Positions 1 through 11,475 of a stretch of DNA of 64,000 nt are shown piece by piece. A program made the position numbers and the translations under genes. A model generated the notes under the pieces. It saw only the letters and a program-made list of their open reading frames with translations. It had not been told where the DNA came from and ran no database searches. The stretch comes from Rhynchopus sp. YZ270_cl-10 (Eukaryota): contig OZ037844.1 of the NCBI GenBank assembly GCA_964035575.1, forward strand, positions 1,488,001-1,552,000. Direction: 5' to 3'. The stretch's first letter is position 1, and each line of letters starts with the position of its first letter.

Positions 1-1696
1 TGTTGGTTGATGCAGGTGCGGGCGTGTGTGTCACAGACAACAATGGAGAGACATGTCTTATCCTTGCGTCGAGCGCTGGGCACAGCGATACTGTGCGGTA
101 CCTTGTTGGCTTGAAGGATGTGGACGTGAATCATCATGAACATAACAGCGGCTGCACTGCGTTGCACTTCGCAGTGAAGGGAGGACATGGCGATGTGGTG
201 CAGGTGCTCATTAATGCAGGGGCAGACATCGAGGCAAAGCTGAAAGATGGTCGTTCACCTCTGCTGTTGGCAAGCAGTTTAGGGCATCTCGACGTTGTGA
301 AGGTGTTGGTCGAAGCAGGTGCGGGAGTGTGTGTCACAGTGGACGAAGGAGACACGTGTCTTATTATTGCGGCAAATTTTGGAGACACCGAGATTGTGCG
401 CTATCTTGTGAGATTGTGCGCTATCTTGTGGGCTTGAAGGATGTGGATGTGAATCACCAAGGAATGAATAACCAAACTGCGTTGCACAGTGCTGTGGACG
501 AAGGACATCCCGATGTGGTGCAGGTGCTCATTGATGCAGGGGCAAGTGTGAACACAAAGGACCACGATGGAAGCTCGCCTCTGCACTGTGCTTGCCGTTT
601 GGGACATCTCGATATTGTGAAGGTGTTGGTCGAAGCAGGTGCGGGAGTGCGTGCCACAGACAATGATGGAGACACATGTCTTATTCTTGCTGCAAATTTT
701 GGCCACACCGAGACTGTGCGCTATCTTGTTGGCTTGAAGGATGTGGACGTGAATCACCAAGGCATGCACAACCAAACTGCGTTGTACTGTGCTGTGGACG
801 AAGGACATCCCGATGTGGTGGAGGTGCTCATTGATGCAGGGGCAGACATCGAGACAAAGAGCAAAAGTGGTGGTTCACCTCTGCACCATGCTTGTCGTTT
901 GGAGCATCTCGATATTGTGAAGATGTTGGTCGAAGCAGGTACGAGAGTGTGTGTCACAAACAACGATGGACAGACGTGTCTTATGCTTGCGGCTGGTTTT
1001 GGACACACCGAGACTGTGCGCTATCTTGTGGGCTTGAAGGATGTGGACGTGAATCACGCAGAGAACAACGGCCTCACTGCATTAGACTACGCAGTGGAGC
1101 CAGGTCATTGTGATGTGGTGCAGGTGCTCATTGATGCAGGGGCAGACATCGAGACAAAGGATATGCAGGGGTTTTCGCCTCTGCTCCGTGCTAGCCGTTT
1201 TGGCAAGCTGGGGGCTGTGAAGATGTTGGTCGAAGCAGGTGCGGGAGTGCGTGTCACAGACAGCAAAGGATTCACGTGTCTTATGCTTGCGTCGGTCGCT
1301 GGACACACCGATACTGTGCGGTACCTTGTGGGCTTGAACGATGTCGAAGTGAATATTAAGGAACAGAACAACGGAGTCACTGCGTTGCACTACGCAGTTC
1401 AGCAAAAGAATCCAGATGTGGTGCAGCTGCTCATTGATGCAGGGGCAAGCATCGAGGCGAAGATGAAATATGGTCGTTCACCTCTGCTGTTGGCAAGCAG
1501 TTCAGGGGATCTCGATGCTGTGAAGATGTTGGTCGAAGCAGGTGCGGAAGTGTGTGTCACAGACAACAATGGTGACACATGTCGTACGGAGGATGGAGAT
1601 GTTTTGAGGATGTTGGTCCGAGCACGCGCAGGAGAAATAGAACGAACACAGTTGATTCTTCTCGGGAATACCGTGCACCTCTTAGCGAAGGTCTGA
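1..1696 (+). pseudogene. Ankyrin-repeat gene, 5'-partial, frameshifted (array copy 0)
   Basis: ORFs 3..437 and 329..1696 are consecutive ankyrin repeats (TCL..A..GHTETVRYLV / TALH.A..GH.DVVQVLIDAGA / SPL..A..G.L..VKMLVEAGA). A 20-bp tandem duplication GAGATTGTGCGCTATCTTGT (390-409, 410-429) shifts the frame. The C-terminus differs from the other copies and lacks the TM tail. Confidence 0.8.
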
Positions 1697-1715
1697 TCTG
1701 TTCGAAAAAATAGTA

Positions 1716-1934
1716 CCGACCCTCCGACGTGAAATTGTTCACCCCCCAAAAAACCGGTATTTTGCCGCCAGGGTCAATTTCAAGGGAGTAGCGGGGACAA
1801 CCTTTGCTCTCTCTTTTTCACACCAAAACGGCCACCCCCCTACAGTACGAGAAATTGTACTCCCTTTTGCCGTACGTGATATTGTCCCCCCCTCACTTTT
1901 TCCCCCAGGGGACAATTTCACGAGGGAGGGTCGG
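1716..1934. mobile_element. MITE, TA-flanked (Tc1/mariner/pogo-like ends)
   Basis: TIR CCGACCCTCC(GA/CT)CGTGAAATTGT at both ends, TA at 1714-1715 and 1935-1936, no coding capacity. Confidence 0.75.
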
Positions 1935-2282
1935 TAAATAAATTGTGTTGTGTTTGTTCTGTGTTCGCTACGTTTTGTCACCAAGATGTGCCAAGCATAG
2001 GTGACCCATTTTCCCCTTTCCCCCCTCACGAGGTGTGACCCAGATCGTACAGCAAAACTTTGCACTGTTGAGCACAAGCAAAGACACAAAGCTTGGATCT
2101 GGTGAGTGCAGGTGGCTCCGTGCCAGACCACAGAGTTCCGCACTGTTCATGATGCCTCTCAAGCAAAGCACCCAAAACAAACCCGACCCCAAGGCAATGC
2201 GACTTTGGGAAACCACTTTTAATTTTTCTGCACTTCTTGGGATGACATTTGAAGCAAACGTTCCCCCACCTTGTAAGTTCTG

Positions 2283-3071
2283 TTTTTCAACTTACCTTCC
2301 TTCACCCCCCTGTAAGGGTAACCGTAGGTGAAGTAAGGTATAGTATTGAAATCGATGTGGGGGGGGAGTAAAGGGTCAATTTTACAAAACCAGATTTTGA
2401 GGAAAATTTTGGCCAAAAATGGGCCCCACGTATAAGCAACCGGGCTCATATTTCTCAAAATTTAAGTGGTCAAAAAATTGTCCAATTTTCGAGATTGACC
2501 CCACCACTGCACGGGCGGAGCCCAAAAATGCAAATAAGGACCCTTTTTCAACTTACCTTCCTTCACCCCCCTGTAAGGGTAACCGTAGGTGAAGTAAGGT
2601 ATAGTATTGAAATCGATGTGGGGGGGGAGTAAAGGGTCAATTTTACAAAACCAGATTTTGAGGAAAATTTTGGCCAAAAATGGGCCCCACGTATAAGCAA
2701 CCGGGCTCATATTTCTCAAAATTTAAGTGGTCAAAAAATTGTCCAATTTTCGAGATTGACCCCACCACTGCACGGGCGGAGCCCAAAAATGCAAATAAGG
2801 ACCCTTTTTTCAACTTACCTTCCTTCACCCCCCTGTAAGGGTAACCGTAGGTGAAGTAAGGTATAGTATTGAAATCGATGTGGGGGGGGAGTAAAGGGTC
2901 AATTTTACAAAACCAGATTTTGAGGAAAATTTTGGCCAAAAATGGGCCCCACGTATAAGCAACCGGGCTCATATTTCTCAAAATTTAAGTGGTCAAAAAA
3001 TTGTCCAATTTTCGAGATTGACCCCACCACTGCACGGGCGGAGCCCAAAAATGCAAATAAGGACCCTTTTT
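2283..3071. repeat. Three near-identical tandem copies of a ~261-bp unit
   Basis: TCAACTTACC recurs at 2287, 2548 and 2810. A fourth, interrupted copy is split between ~9740-9839 and ~13354-13542. Confidence 0.95.
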
Positions 3072-3173
3072 AATTTGTTCTCTTGAAATGTGTAATTTCA
3101 AGTTTTCTAGAAAAAAATAGCTACTGATCCTACAAGGGTTGAAGGAAGGTGTGTGGAAAACAACAACAACAAA

Positions 3174-3585
3174 ACAAGGAATTGCTAAGAAAAAAAACGA
3201 GGTGTGCTGTGGGAAACTCCGCGCGATTTTCGAAACCAACATAGCAGCCGGCGCGTTGCTGGGTGGTGCTGATACGCATGGTGTGATCGACGACAGTTAG
3301 TCGTCTGTGTTCCTTGCGCACTCCTCCTCCGGCGACGATGAGTGGGAGGCTGTGGACGACAACGAGCTGGAACACGCCGACCATCCATCGAGCAAATGGT
3401 GCTGGACGAAGAGGGGTCTGAGGATGACAGCCCCCGTTCTTGAACGTTTCAAGTGGTTGTGGCAGCGTTTTCGCATACCTGCAGAAGAGCAGAGTGTAGA
3501 TTATTTCTACAGGGCGGTGTTCAGGAGTGTGGGTCCCCCCATAACCACAGCACACCCCGTTTTTTTTCCGATAGCAATTACTTGT
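3174..3585. mobile_element. Dispersed ~410-460-bp element with imperfect TIRs
   Basis: Ends ACAAG(T)AATTGCTA..AAAAAACG.GGTGTG / CACACCCCGTTTTT..TAGCAATTACTTGT. Homologous copies at 13649-14107 and, partially, ~5455-5652. Confidence 0.7.
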
Positions 3586-3756
3586 TTTTTCTTTCTCAAG
3601 GCACGATCAAAATTTCACAACTGAATAATATCTTTGTTCCCTCATAGGACCTCCCTACCTCCCCTCCCCTCCCTCCTCCTCCTCACACCACACACAGGGC
3701 ATTTCTTTGAGCACAACTCACTCCCCTCAGTCTCTGCTCATTCATCTTCACGACTT

Positions 3757-4365
3757 ATGTGCCACAATGTGTATGAGTCTGATGAGGAGGTGCTGGACTG
3801 TGTAGGTGCAGGGGATACGACGAGCTGCGCGCGTCTGGAGGAGGACAACGACGTGGTGACGCGCAAGCCTCGCAAATCGTTAATTGAGAGCATGCAGGGA
3901 GCAGGCAGCAGCGGTGCGAAGGGTGTCACCGAGGTGCGTGTCGAGGTGCAGATCGTGAGCGGTGCAAATCTGGTGGCAAAGGGCTCGGAATCGCCGTTCT
4001 GTGAAGTAAAGTTGCGTACAGTGAACCCACGAAGCAGACGTGTTGAGCGTGACCACCCGAACCCGCAAAAGAAAACAACCAAAACTGTCGCGAACAACCT
4101 CAGCGCGCCTGTGTTCAATGAGGGCTTCAGCTTTGTCGTGCCCTTGCCCGACTGCATCAGAGTCTCTGTCTTCGGCAAAAAGCTTCTCGGGAAGAGCTTC
4201 CTTGGGCGTGTCGACCTCCTCAGCACCGAACTCCTGCAAAAGGGTGGCGTCAATGGTCCGCCAGTCACCAGCGTGCACATGCTTGCAGGAGACGCAACGC
4301 AGAAAGACCGTTCAGAAGTGACAGGAACTCTCACGGTCATGACCCGGATCATCTCGGTGCGGTGA
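3757..4365 (+). CDS. C2 domain-containing protein
   Basis: VEVQIVSGANLVAKGSESPFCEVKL...KKTTKTVANNLSAPVFNEGFSF...IRVSVFGKKLLGKSFLGRVDL matches the C2 pattern. First ATG after a pyrimidine-rich tract is at 3757. Confidence 0.85.
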   Translation: MCHNVYESDEEVLDCVGAGDTTSCARLEEDNDVVTRKPRKSLIESMQGAGSSGAKGVTEVRVEVQIVSGANLVAKGSESPFCEVKLRTVNPRSRRVERDHPNPQKKTTKTVANNLSAPVFNEGFSFVVPLPDCIRVSVFGKKLLGKSFLGRVDLLSTELLQKGGVNGPPVTSVHMLAGDATQKDRSEVTGTLTVMTRIISVR

Positions 4366-5391
4366 AGCGAAGTTAGCAACGAGCCCTGTACAGAGAGAGA
4401 GAGGGAGAGGGAGCAGTCTTTTGAAGGAGTCATTTATTTGTCTCTTTGTGGGGTTCCAGTGTGGTGGTAGTGGTAAAGGTTGTGTGCAAGAGGGAGAGAG
4501 AGAGAGAGAGAGAAGTGCATGTATCTGGTTTGTTTCATATGGGTGTTGTAACGTTATCGATAACGTTATTCCACCCATAGTATGAAGAGCAGACATGTGC
4601 GTTGTTTGTGTTGTTAATAAAAACAAAACAAAACCAAAAAAAAAAAAAAGAAAAAAAAGATACGGTTGGTGTGCTGAAGGGGGGTGATTCGCACTTCTTG
4701 CGCACTTTTTTTTCTTCACCCCACATCACAAAAATTTGAAGGCTGATTCGCACATTTTTGCGCACTTTTACCCACTTTTTGCGCCCCCCCCATGCAGTTA
4801 TTTTTTTTAAAAATTTTTACTCAGGCAGCATTAGCTAGTTCCTGGAAGATCAATCAGGGCAGCCCTTACAGGCGCGTGCCGAAGTGCGCCCGCCAGAAGT
4901 TGTTTTGTTAAAGCTTATCTTTTGTACCATCTTTCTCAAAGAATTTATCTGACCCATTCTTTTATATGTCACCGTCGCCACCGTGCGGCACACTTCGCTA
5001 GAACGAAAGAAACATAACATACCGTACAAATCAAAAAATACTGGGCCACAAATATGAAACCGATATTCTGGAACGTAAAAATAACTGGAACTTTTGGACA
5101 ATTTTTATTGTTACGGCCCCGTATTTTTTTTGGTTTACGGTAACAAAAAAAAACAGGTAACACTGTTGTTTTAAAAAAAAAATGTGTGCAAGAGGAACGT
5201 TCTGTAGTTTTTATGTATGTTTAGTTTTGGTTTCCTTCCCTCCCCCTCTCGTCACACCCTTTCGCCTAATTGTTCTATAGTCAACAGCAGCTCGGGTCAG
5301 CTTGTTGGCTGATTCCCTTGACTGCTGACTATGCTGGGTGCAATATTGTAGTTTTCTCTGTACTTTTCGACATTGTTTCTGAGAAATAGTA

Positions 5392-5451
5392 AGGGTCGGT
5401 AAACATCTGCTTGATGCCTCTGCAGGCATCAAGCAGATGTTTACCGACCCT
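5392..5451. repeat. Perfect 28-bp inverted repeat with 4-nt spacer
   Basis: AGGGTCGGTAAACATCTGCTTGATGCCT-ctgc-AGGCATCAAGCAGATGTTTACCGACCCT. Confidence 0.95.
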
Positions 5452-5700
5452 GCTTAGCCCACGTCCAGCAACTCTGTCGAGCAGATGGTGCTGAATGAAG
5501 AGTGGTTCTGGCAGCGTACGAGCGTTGTCGCATACCTGTAGAAGAGCAGAGTGCTGGGGGCGTGCTGTAGATTATTTCTACAGGGTGTTTCCAGGAGCGT
5601 GGGTCCCCCCATATCTACAGCACACCCCGTTTTTTTCGATAGCAATTACTTATTTTGTTCTCCTTTTATTTCTGGTTTATGAGGGCATATAGCATTTATA

Positions 5701-5733
5701 GGTGACTAAGTGTTGCCAGGACTTAGGTTCATC
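5701..5733 (+). other. Recurrent bulged stem-loop motif (copy)
   Basis: GGTGA CTAAGT gttgccagg ACTTAG GT TCATC; see findings for the other copies. Confidence 0.7.
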
Positions 5734-6726
5734 TTATCAACAGTCTCTCCCCATATGTTTTCCCATCTTATATGTGATTGTGATTAGAAGTCGGACACGA
5801 GGTGTCCTCACACCTTTTCCTTCTTGGTTCTTCCCTCTCGCCCATCATCATCGCGCGCCACTCTGGGAAAGCCTAAATGGCTTCCTAAATGGCTGCGGTC
5901 AATGGGAACAACAGAGCGGTACATTGGGTGAGGACACATCTGTTGGATACGTGTTTTGTTCTTGTTTTTCGTTTTTTTTTTGAAATCCAAATCCAGGTCT
6001 TTCTGGAAATATCTCTTTTTTCTTGAGGAATTTAGATGTTTTTTTATTTCCCTAACATTCTCAACAAATTGGTGTTCTAGTTATTTCACCCTCTCTTTTA
6101 TCAGTACCTTGACAACGCCACCACGACTTTACAAAACGTAACTCTCTCTTTCTTTTATTTTTGGCAAACGTGCTTCAAGCGTTGGGTGCAGGGGACTGCA
6201 GTACCTGTAAGCTCACAACTCTTCAACGGAAGGTGCCCCCCCGGCTGACGAGCGGTTGTGTACCGCCCTCGTTCTCTTACGGTACGGGGAGGTCTGCTTA
6301 GGTTTCCTTTTACATATTCTGTTGTTGGCTGCAGGGTACTTGTGGTTTCATCCATGGCTGCATCGTATGTGGGTGCCTGCATTAATAACTTCACTTTTTT
6401 TTAGAGCTTCCAGGAAATCGGGTTTATCACCTAACCAACCCCCGTGCAATTATCAGTCCTCAGTCGGCTCTTGTCTGCATTTTTCAAGTTTCTAAACCGT
6501 CAGAAGAATCTTTCCAGTGTTGTGGTACAGACACGTAAATCTGGTAGTGCAAGTGTCTCGTACTCAGAGCTACACGTCACACAAATGAAAACAGCATAAA
6601 GTGACTTCCCTCCTCCCCGTCTTAAATCTTCTCCCTCCTTTGTCTCCTTTGTGTCCCTCCTCCCCACCTCACAACCCACGCATAAAAAGGAAAACCACAA
6701 CACACATCAACGAGAAGTTTAAAACC

Positions 6727-9381
6727 ATGTCGAAGCGACACGCAGACAGCACACCTGACGAGAAGACACCAAAGAGAAGAAAGCTTTCAGACTCGGTCTT
6801 GGTGGAGGCTGCCAGGAACGGCGACACGACTGCCGTGCGGGTGGGACTTGAGAAGCTCATCCCAGACACAGACAGCAAAACGGTTGCCTTCGATGCTGTG
6901 CACGAGGCATGCAGAGGGAACCACGATGAATGCCTTGCACTGCTTCTTCCGTATGTTGAGACAACACAGATGGGTTTCGGGATGCTGCTGAGTGAGTGCG
7001 TCCACGCAGACCACACTGCGTGCACGGAGGTCCTCTTGCAGCATTGGAAGTCAGTCTGCAGCAACGTTGCGTTTGTCCCACACGGGCAGGAGGACAACAA
7101 AGCCCGTCCCTGTCCAGCCATGTGGGCGGACCCTGCAGTGTGTCAGGTGCTCATTGATGCAGGGGCAGACATCGAGACAAAGGACGACATGGGACGTTCG
7201 CCTCTGCACTGGGCTTGCCGTTCAGGATCACTCGCAGTTGTGAAGATGTTGGTCGAAGCAGGTGCGGAAGTGTGTGCCACAGACAACAAAGGTAACACGT
7301 GTCTTATCATCGCGTCATATTTTGGACACACCGAGACTGTGCGCTATCTTGTTGGATTGAAGGATGTGGAAGTGAATCGCGCAGGTGACATCGGCCGCAC
7401 TGCATTGCACTTCGCAGTGCTAGAAGGACATCCAGATGTGATGCAGGTGCTGTTTGATGCAGGGGCAGACATCGAGACAAAGGACACGGATGGGCTTTCA
7501 CCTCTGCTATTGGCAAGCAGCTCAGGGCATCTCGATATTGTGAAGATGTTGGTCGAAGTCGGGGTGGGAGTGTGTGTCGCAGACAACAATGGAGACACGT
7601 GTCTTATCCTTGCGTCACTCCATGGACACACCGAGACTGTGCGTTACCTTGTGGGCTTGAAGGATGTCGAAGTGAATGGCCCAGAGAACAGCGGCTTCAC
7701 TGCGTTGCACTTCGCAGGACAGGAAGGACATGGCGATGTGGTGCAGGTGCTCATTGATGCAGGGGCAGACGTTGAAGCAAAGAACAGCGAGGGTCGTTCT
7801 GCACTGCTCTTGGCTAGCTTTCACGGGAAGCTGGAAGTTGCCAAGGTGTTGGTCGAAGCAGGTGCGTGCGTGTGTGTCACAGACAGCCAAGGATTCACAT
7901 GTCTTATGCTTGCTGTGAATGCTGGACACACGGAGACTGTGCGCTATCTTGTGGCATTGAAGGATGTGGATGTGAATCATGAAAATAGCAACGGCAACAC
8001 TGCGTTGCACTACGCAGTACAGGAAGGGCATGGCGATGTGGTGGAGGTGCTCATTGATGCAGGGGCAGACGTGCAGACAAGGGACAACAATGGGGTTTCG
8101 CCTCTACACTGTGCTAGCTTCTTTGGAAAGCTCAGGGCTGTGAAGATGTTGGTGGAAGCAGATGCGGACGTGCGTGCCACAGACAACAAGGGCGAGACGA
8201 TTCTTATGCTTGCGTCGGGCGCTGGACACATCGAGACTGTGCGGTACCTTGTGAGCTTGCCGGGTGTCGAAATGAATAATCATGAACACAACTGCGGCAA
8301 CACTGCGTTGCACTACGCAGTACAGGAAGGACATTGCGATGTGGTGCAGCTGCTCATTGATGCAGGGGCAGACATCGAGACAAAGAACAGCGAAGGTCGT
8401 TCTGCACTGCTCTTGGCTGTCTTTCATGGGAAGCTGGAAGTTGCCAAGGTGTTGGTCGAAGCAGGTGCGGGAGTGTGTGTCACAGACAGCAGTGGAGACA
8501 CGTGTCTTATGCTTGCGTCACTCTATGGACACACTGAGACTGTGCGCACTCTTCTGTGCATGCCTGAGGTGGATGTGAATCATGCAAAGTACAACGGTTT
8601 GACTTCGCTCCACTACGCAGTGTTAAAGAAGCACACAGATGTGGTGCAGGTGCTGATTGCTGCAGGGGCAGACGTGCAGACCAAGGACAGCAATGGATCT
8701 TCGCCTCTGCACTTTGCTAGCTTCTTTGGCAAGCTGGGGACTGTGAAGATGTTGGTGGAAGCAGGTGCGGACGTGAGTCTGGTGGACGGTAAGACTAACA
8801 CGTGTCTTATCATTGCGGCGTATGCAGGACACACCGAGATTGTGCGCTATCTTGTGGGCTTGAAGGATGTGGACGTGAATTATCGAGGCATGACCAACTT
8901 CACAGCGTTGTACAGTGCTGTGCAGGAAGGACATCACAATGTGCTTGAGGCTCTCATTGATGCAGGGGCAGATATGGAGGTTGCGAACAGCAGGGGTACA
9001 CTGGCTCTGGAGGTTGCGTGCAATGGTGGGGATGTTGTGAGTGTGAAGATGTTGGTCGAAGCAGGTGCAAATGTGCATATTGCAGACACGAACAGAGCCT
9101 CCTGTCTCATGCTTGCAGTGCTTAAAGGGCACGCCGAGACGGTGCGCTACCTTGCAGGCTTGCCACAGGTGGACGTGGATGAAGTGCGTAAAGGAAAGAC
9201 TGCGCTGTGCTGTGCACTGGACGGGGGAGCACATGCCGATGTGGTGCAGGCGCTTGGTGCGACACGTCGCATGCATGTCTCACGGACAGCGTGTGGTGGA
9301 TGTCCTGTTGTATGGTGGGGTATTGGGGGTTTGTTTTTGGGGGTCTATGGTTATTTTAAACTAGCGAGAAGGAGTGTTTAG
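6727..9381 (+). CDS. Long ankyrin-repeat protein with N-terminal NLS-like motif and C-terminal TM tail (array copy 1)
   Basis: Uninterrupted ORF from the conserved ATG (MSKRH). Contains PKRRKL, tandem three-ankyrin modules, and ends VVWWGIGGLFLGVYGYFKLARRSV. Confidence 0.93.
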   Translation: MSKRHADSTPDEKTPKRRKLSDSVLVEAARNGDTTAVRVGLEKLIPDTDSKTVAFDAVHEACRGNHDECLALLLPYVETTQMGFGMLLSECVHADHTACTEVLLQHWKSVCSNVAFVPHGQEDNKARPCPAMWADPAVCQVLIDAGADIETKDDMGRSPLHWACRSGSLAVVKMLVEAGAEVCATDNKGNTCLIIASYFGHTETVRYLVGLKDVEVNRAGDIGRTALHFAVLEGHPDVMQVLFDAGADIETKDTDGLSPLLLASSSGHLDIVKMLVEVGVGVCVADNNGDTCLILASLHGHTETVRYLVGLKDVEVNGPENSGFTALHFAGQEGHGDVVQVLIDAGADVEAKNSEGRSALLLASFHGKLEVAKVLVEAGACVCVTDSQGFTCLMLAVNAGHTETVRYLVALKDVDVNHENSNGNTALHYAVQEGHGDVVEVLIDAGADVQTRDNNGVSPLHCASFFGKLRAVKMLVEADADVRATDNKGETILMLASGAGHIETVRYLVSLPGVEMNNHEHNCGNTALHYAVQEGHCDVVQLLIDAGADIETKNSEGRSALLLAVFHGKLEVAKVLVEAGAGVCVTDSSGDTCLMLASLYGHTETVRTLLCMPEVDVNHAKYNGLTSLHYAVLKKHTDVVQVLIAAGADVQTKDSNGSSPLHFASFFGKLGTVKMLVEAGADVSLVDGKTNTCLIIAAYAGHTEIVRYLVGLKDVDVNYRGMTNFTALYSAVQEGHHNVLEALIDAGADMEVANSRGTLALEVACNGGDVVSVKMLVEAGANVHIADTNRASCLMLAVLKGHAETVRYLAGLPQVDVDEVRKGKTALCCALDGGAHADVVQALGATRRMHVSRTACGGCPVVWWGIGGLFLGVYGYFKLARRSV

Positions 9382-9839
9382 GAAATGTGAAGATGTTGGT
9401 CGAAGGTGTGGAGTGCGCATCACGACAACATGCAAGACGTGTCTTATCATTGCGTTTGTTTTCTTCCCCTGACAACGCACTTGTGGAGTCCCGCGCAGCT
9501 GATGTTGTGCGATAGGTGACGATAGGCCGCAGAAGGTGAAGAAGTTTTGTGTGGAAACACCTTTTTCGTTGCCTCTTTTTTCTCATATTTCTTTTGATTT
9601 GACGGACCGTTTGGTCTTTTTGGTGGGGTCACATGCGCGTACGAAACCGCTACAGATGTGTTTTGTAAAGTGCATGAGGAGGGAACCGGGAACTGGTTCC
9701 CGGAACCAGTTCTAAACCAGGTAGGAATCACTTCACGCCTTTTCAACTTACCTTCCTTCACCCCCCCCTGTAAGGGCAACCGTAGGTGAAGTAAGGTATA
9801 GTATTGAAATCGATGTGGGGGGGGGGGGGGGGGGGAGTA

Positions 9840-11473
9840 GGGGGGGTCACACGACGGTGAAGTAACGGGTGTTACAAGTGGAGTTACAAGTGAGTTACAT
9901 GTAACTTTTGTTACATGTAACTCACTTGTAACTCACTTGTAACCCACCAGTTACAACCTGATTTTGCCTGTAATTCATGTATCCCACTTGTAACTCACTT
10001 GTAACTCACTTGTAACGGTTTTTCACTTGTAACGTTACATGTAACTTCACTTGTAATGTACTATACTTCACCGTCGTGCAGAAGGGGGGAACCCTGCACT
10101 TTTTCAGGATTTTGTATATCTACGCGCAGAGCAGTGTCCGACCCCACAAGTCACTACCCAAGACCCCCCAGAAAACGTCCTGGAGGCCCGAAAATACCAA
10201 AAATAGTGACCAGAAGTGACCAGAAAATGAAAATTCCGAAAAAAAAAGGGGTCGTGGGACAGGGTCTGTACCTTGCCTATTGCTATTTTTTAGCACATAA
10301 ACGAGATATGGCCATGGCAACAGCCCATGCCTCATATTTTAGGAAGTAAAGGATACATCTTGACTAATGTCATCTAAGTGCGTTTGAATACAGCCAAAAC
10401 AAGACAAGACGGTCACCTGGCATCTGTATTGTGTGGGTCGTAGTGACCCATTACTACACACGCTTAGGTACCCACACCATTAATAGGCCAGGGAGTGATC
10501 AATTTAGGGAGGAAAACTAGTCAGGTGTAAATTATCAAGCAGATCTGCCGTCACTGCCTCACCCGGTCCCTCAGAGTACCTCCCCTTCAAAAAAAAAACA
10601 CCTCGTATGACTTTCCAGATATTGCAATGACCAATTCCCCCCCTTGGTTTTGCAGTTCAGCCTTCAATAGCCGTGTACTAGACACGTATATGGATATCCA
10701 GTCGTGGACTCGACTAAAGCACCGCCCCGCATCAGCCTCATCTTCTTTATCTTCTTCAGACCCCACGCTCAGATTATTGTGGGAGGAAAGAGACATCCCT
10801 CGTGGATACGGCCAGGCACGCCACAATATACAGCTGCAAGAGCGGGACGTCCTCAAAGCTCACAAGGGCAAGGAACGCCGTCTTGGGGAACTTACGCACT
10901 GCTCCAATGTGGCAGGGCCAGACTGCTTAAAGACAAGCCGTGCGCAATGACCCGCGAGGATGCGCGTGGGAGGCCCAATACACCACACACGTCACTTCCC
11001 TCCCCTTTTTGCGCGTGTTCCTAACCCAATTTCCCCAGGGCTGGCAGAATCGCCTCTGAGGACACCTTCAGCAGGCCCATTCCACAGTGAATACGGCGCT
11101 TTGCCTTTACTGCCATTCCACTGCGCCTACACAAGGATTTTAGACCGGACTTGGCGTAGAACCGCCTATACAGTGTCCCCGGCACTTTCCCCGCCCTCTC
11201 AATGCGTCCCAGCGGTGTTTTTAATGGGTTTTGATTGTACCCCGATTTGAAAGGTGCCCAGGTACAAACCCTGTCCCAGGCCGATTTTTTTTTTTTGAAA
11301 ATTTCAAATTAGACCCCCACAAGTGTTCAGAACTGTCCAAAACCAGGCGGAATTGAATTGTAGGTCACCTGGGGACCATATTTTCTGGTTTTTCGAGGTG
11401 ATGTCCATTTTTTGCTCAAAAAAAATTTTTTTTGGTCGGGGTCCCCACTTTTTACATGGGATGTGACCCCCCC
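9840..11473. mobile_element. Element with short GGGGGGGTCA / TGACCCCCCC termini inserted into the 261-bp unit
   Basis: After removing the nested MITE the left end reads TA-GGGGGGGTCA and the right end TGACCCCCCC-TA. The host unit resumes at ~13354 with GGGGGGGGAGTA duplicated. Confidence 0.5.
9850..10078. mobile_element. MITE with CACGACG ends and 2-bp TSD (CMC/EnSpm-like)
   Basis: 15-bp perfect TIR CACGACGGTGAAGTA, CA on both sides, internal TTACAAGTG/CACTTGTAA and TTACATGTAA repeats. Confidence 0.85.
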
Positions 11474-11475
11474 TA

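Noticed and set aside
2219..3242. Repeated minus-strand ORFs (MRNMSPVAYTWGP...)
   Set aside because: Translations of a non-coding 261-bp tandem repeat; frames vary with homopolymer length.
8623..9276. Recurrent antisense and off-frame ORFs over ankyrin genes
   Set aside because: Shadows of the repetitive coding strand with no recognisable motifs.
10590..11296. Possible retroposon or structured RNA inside the G7TCA element
   Set aside because: GC-richer and bounded by A and T runs, but the tail orientation is inconsistent and no motif could be assigned.
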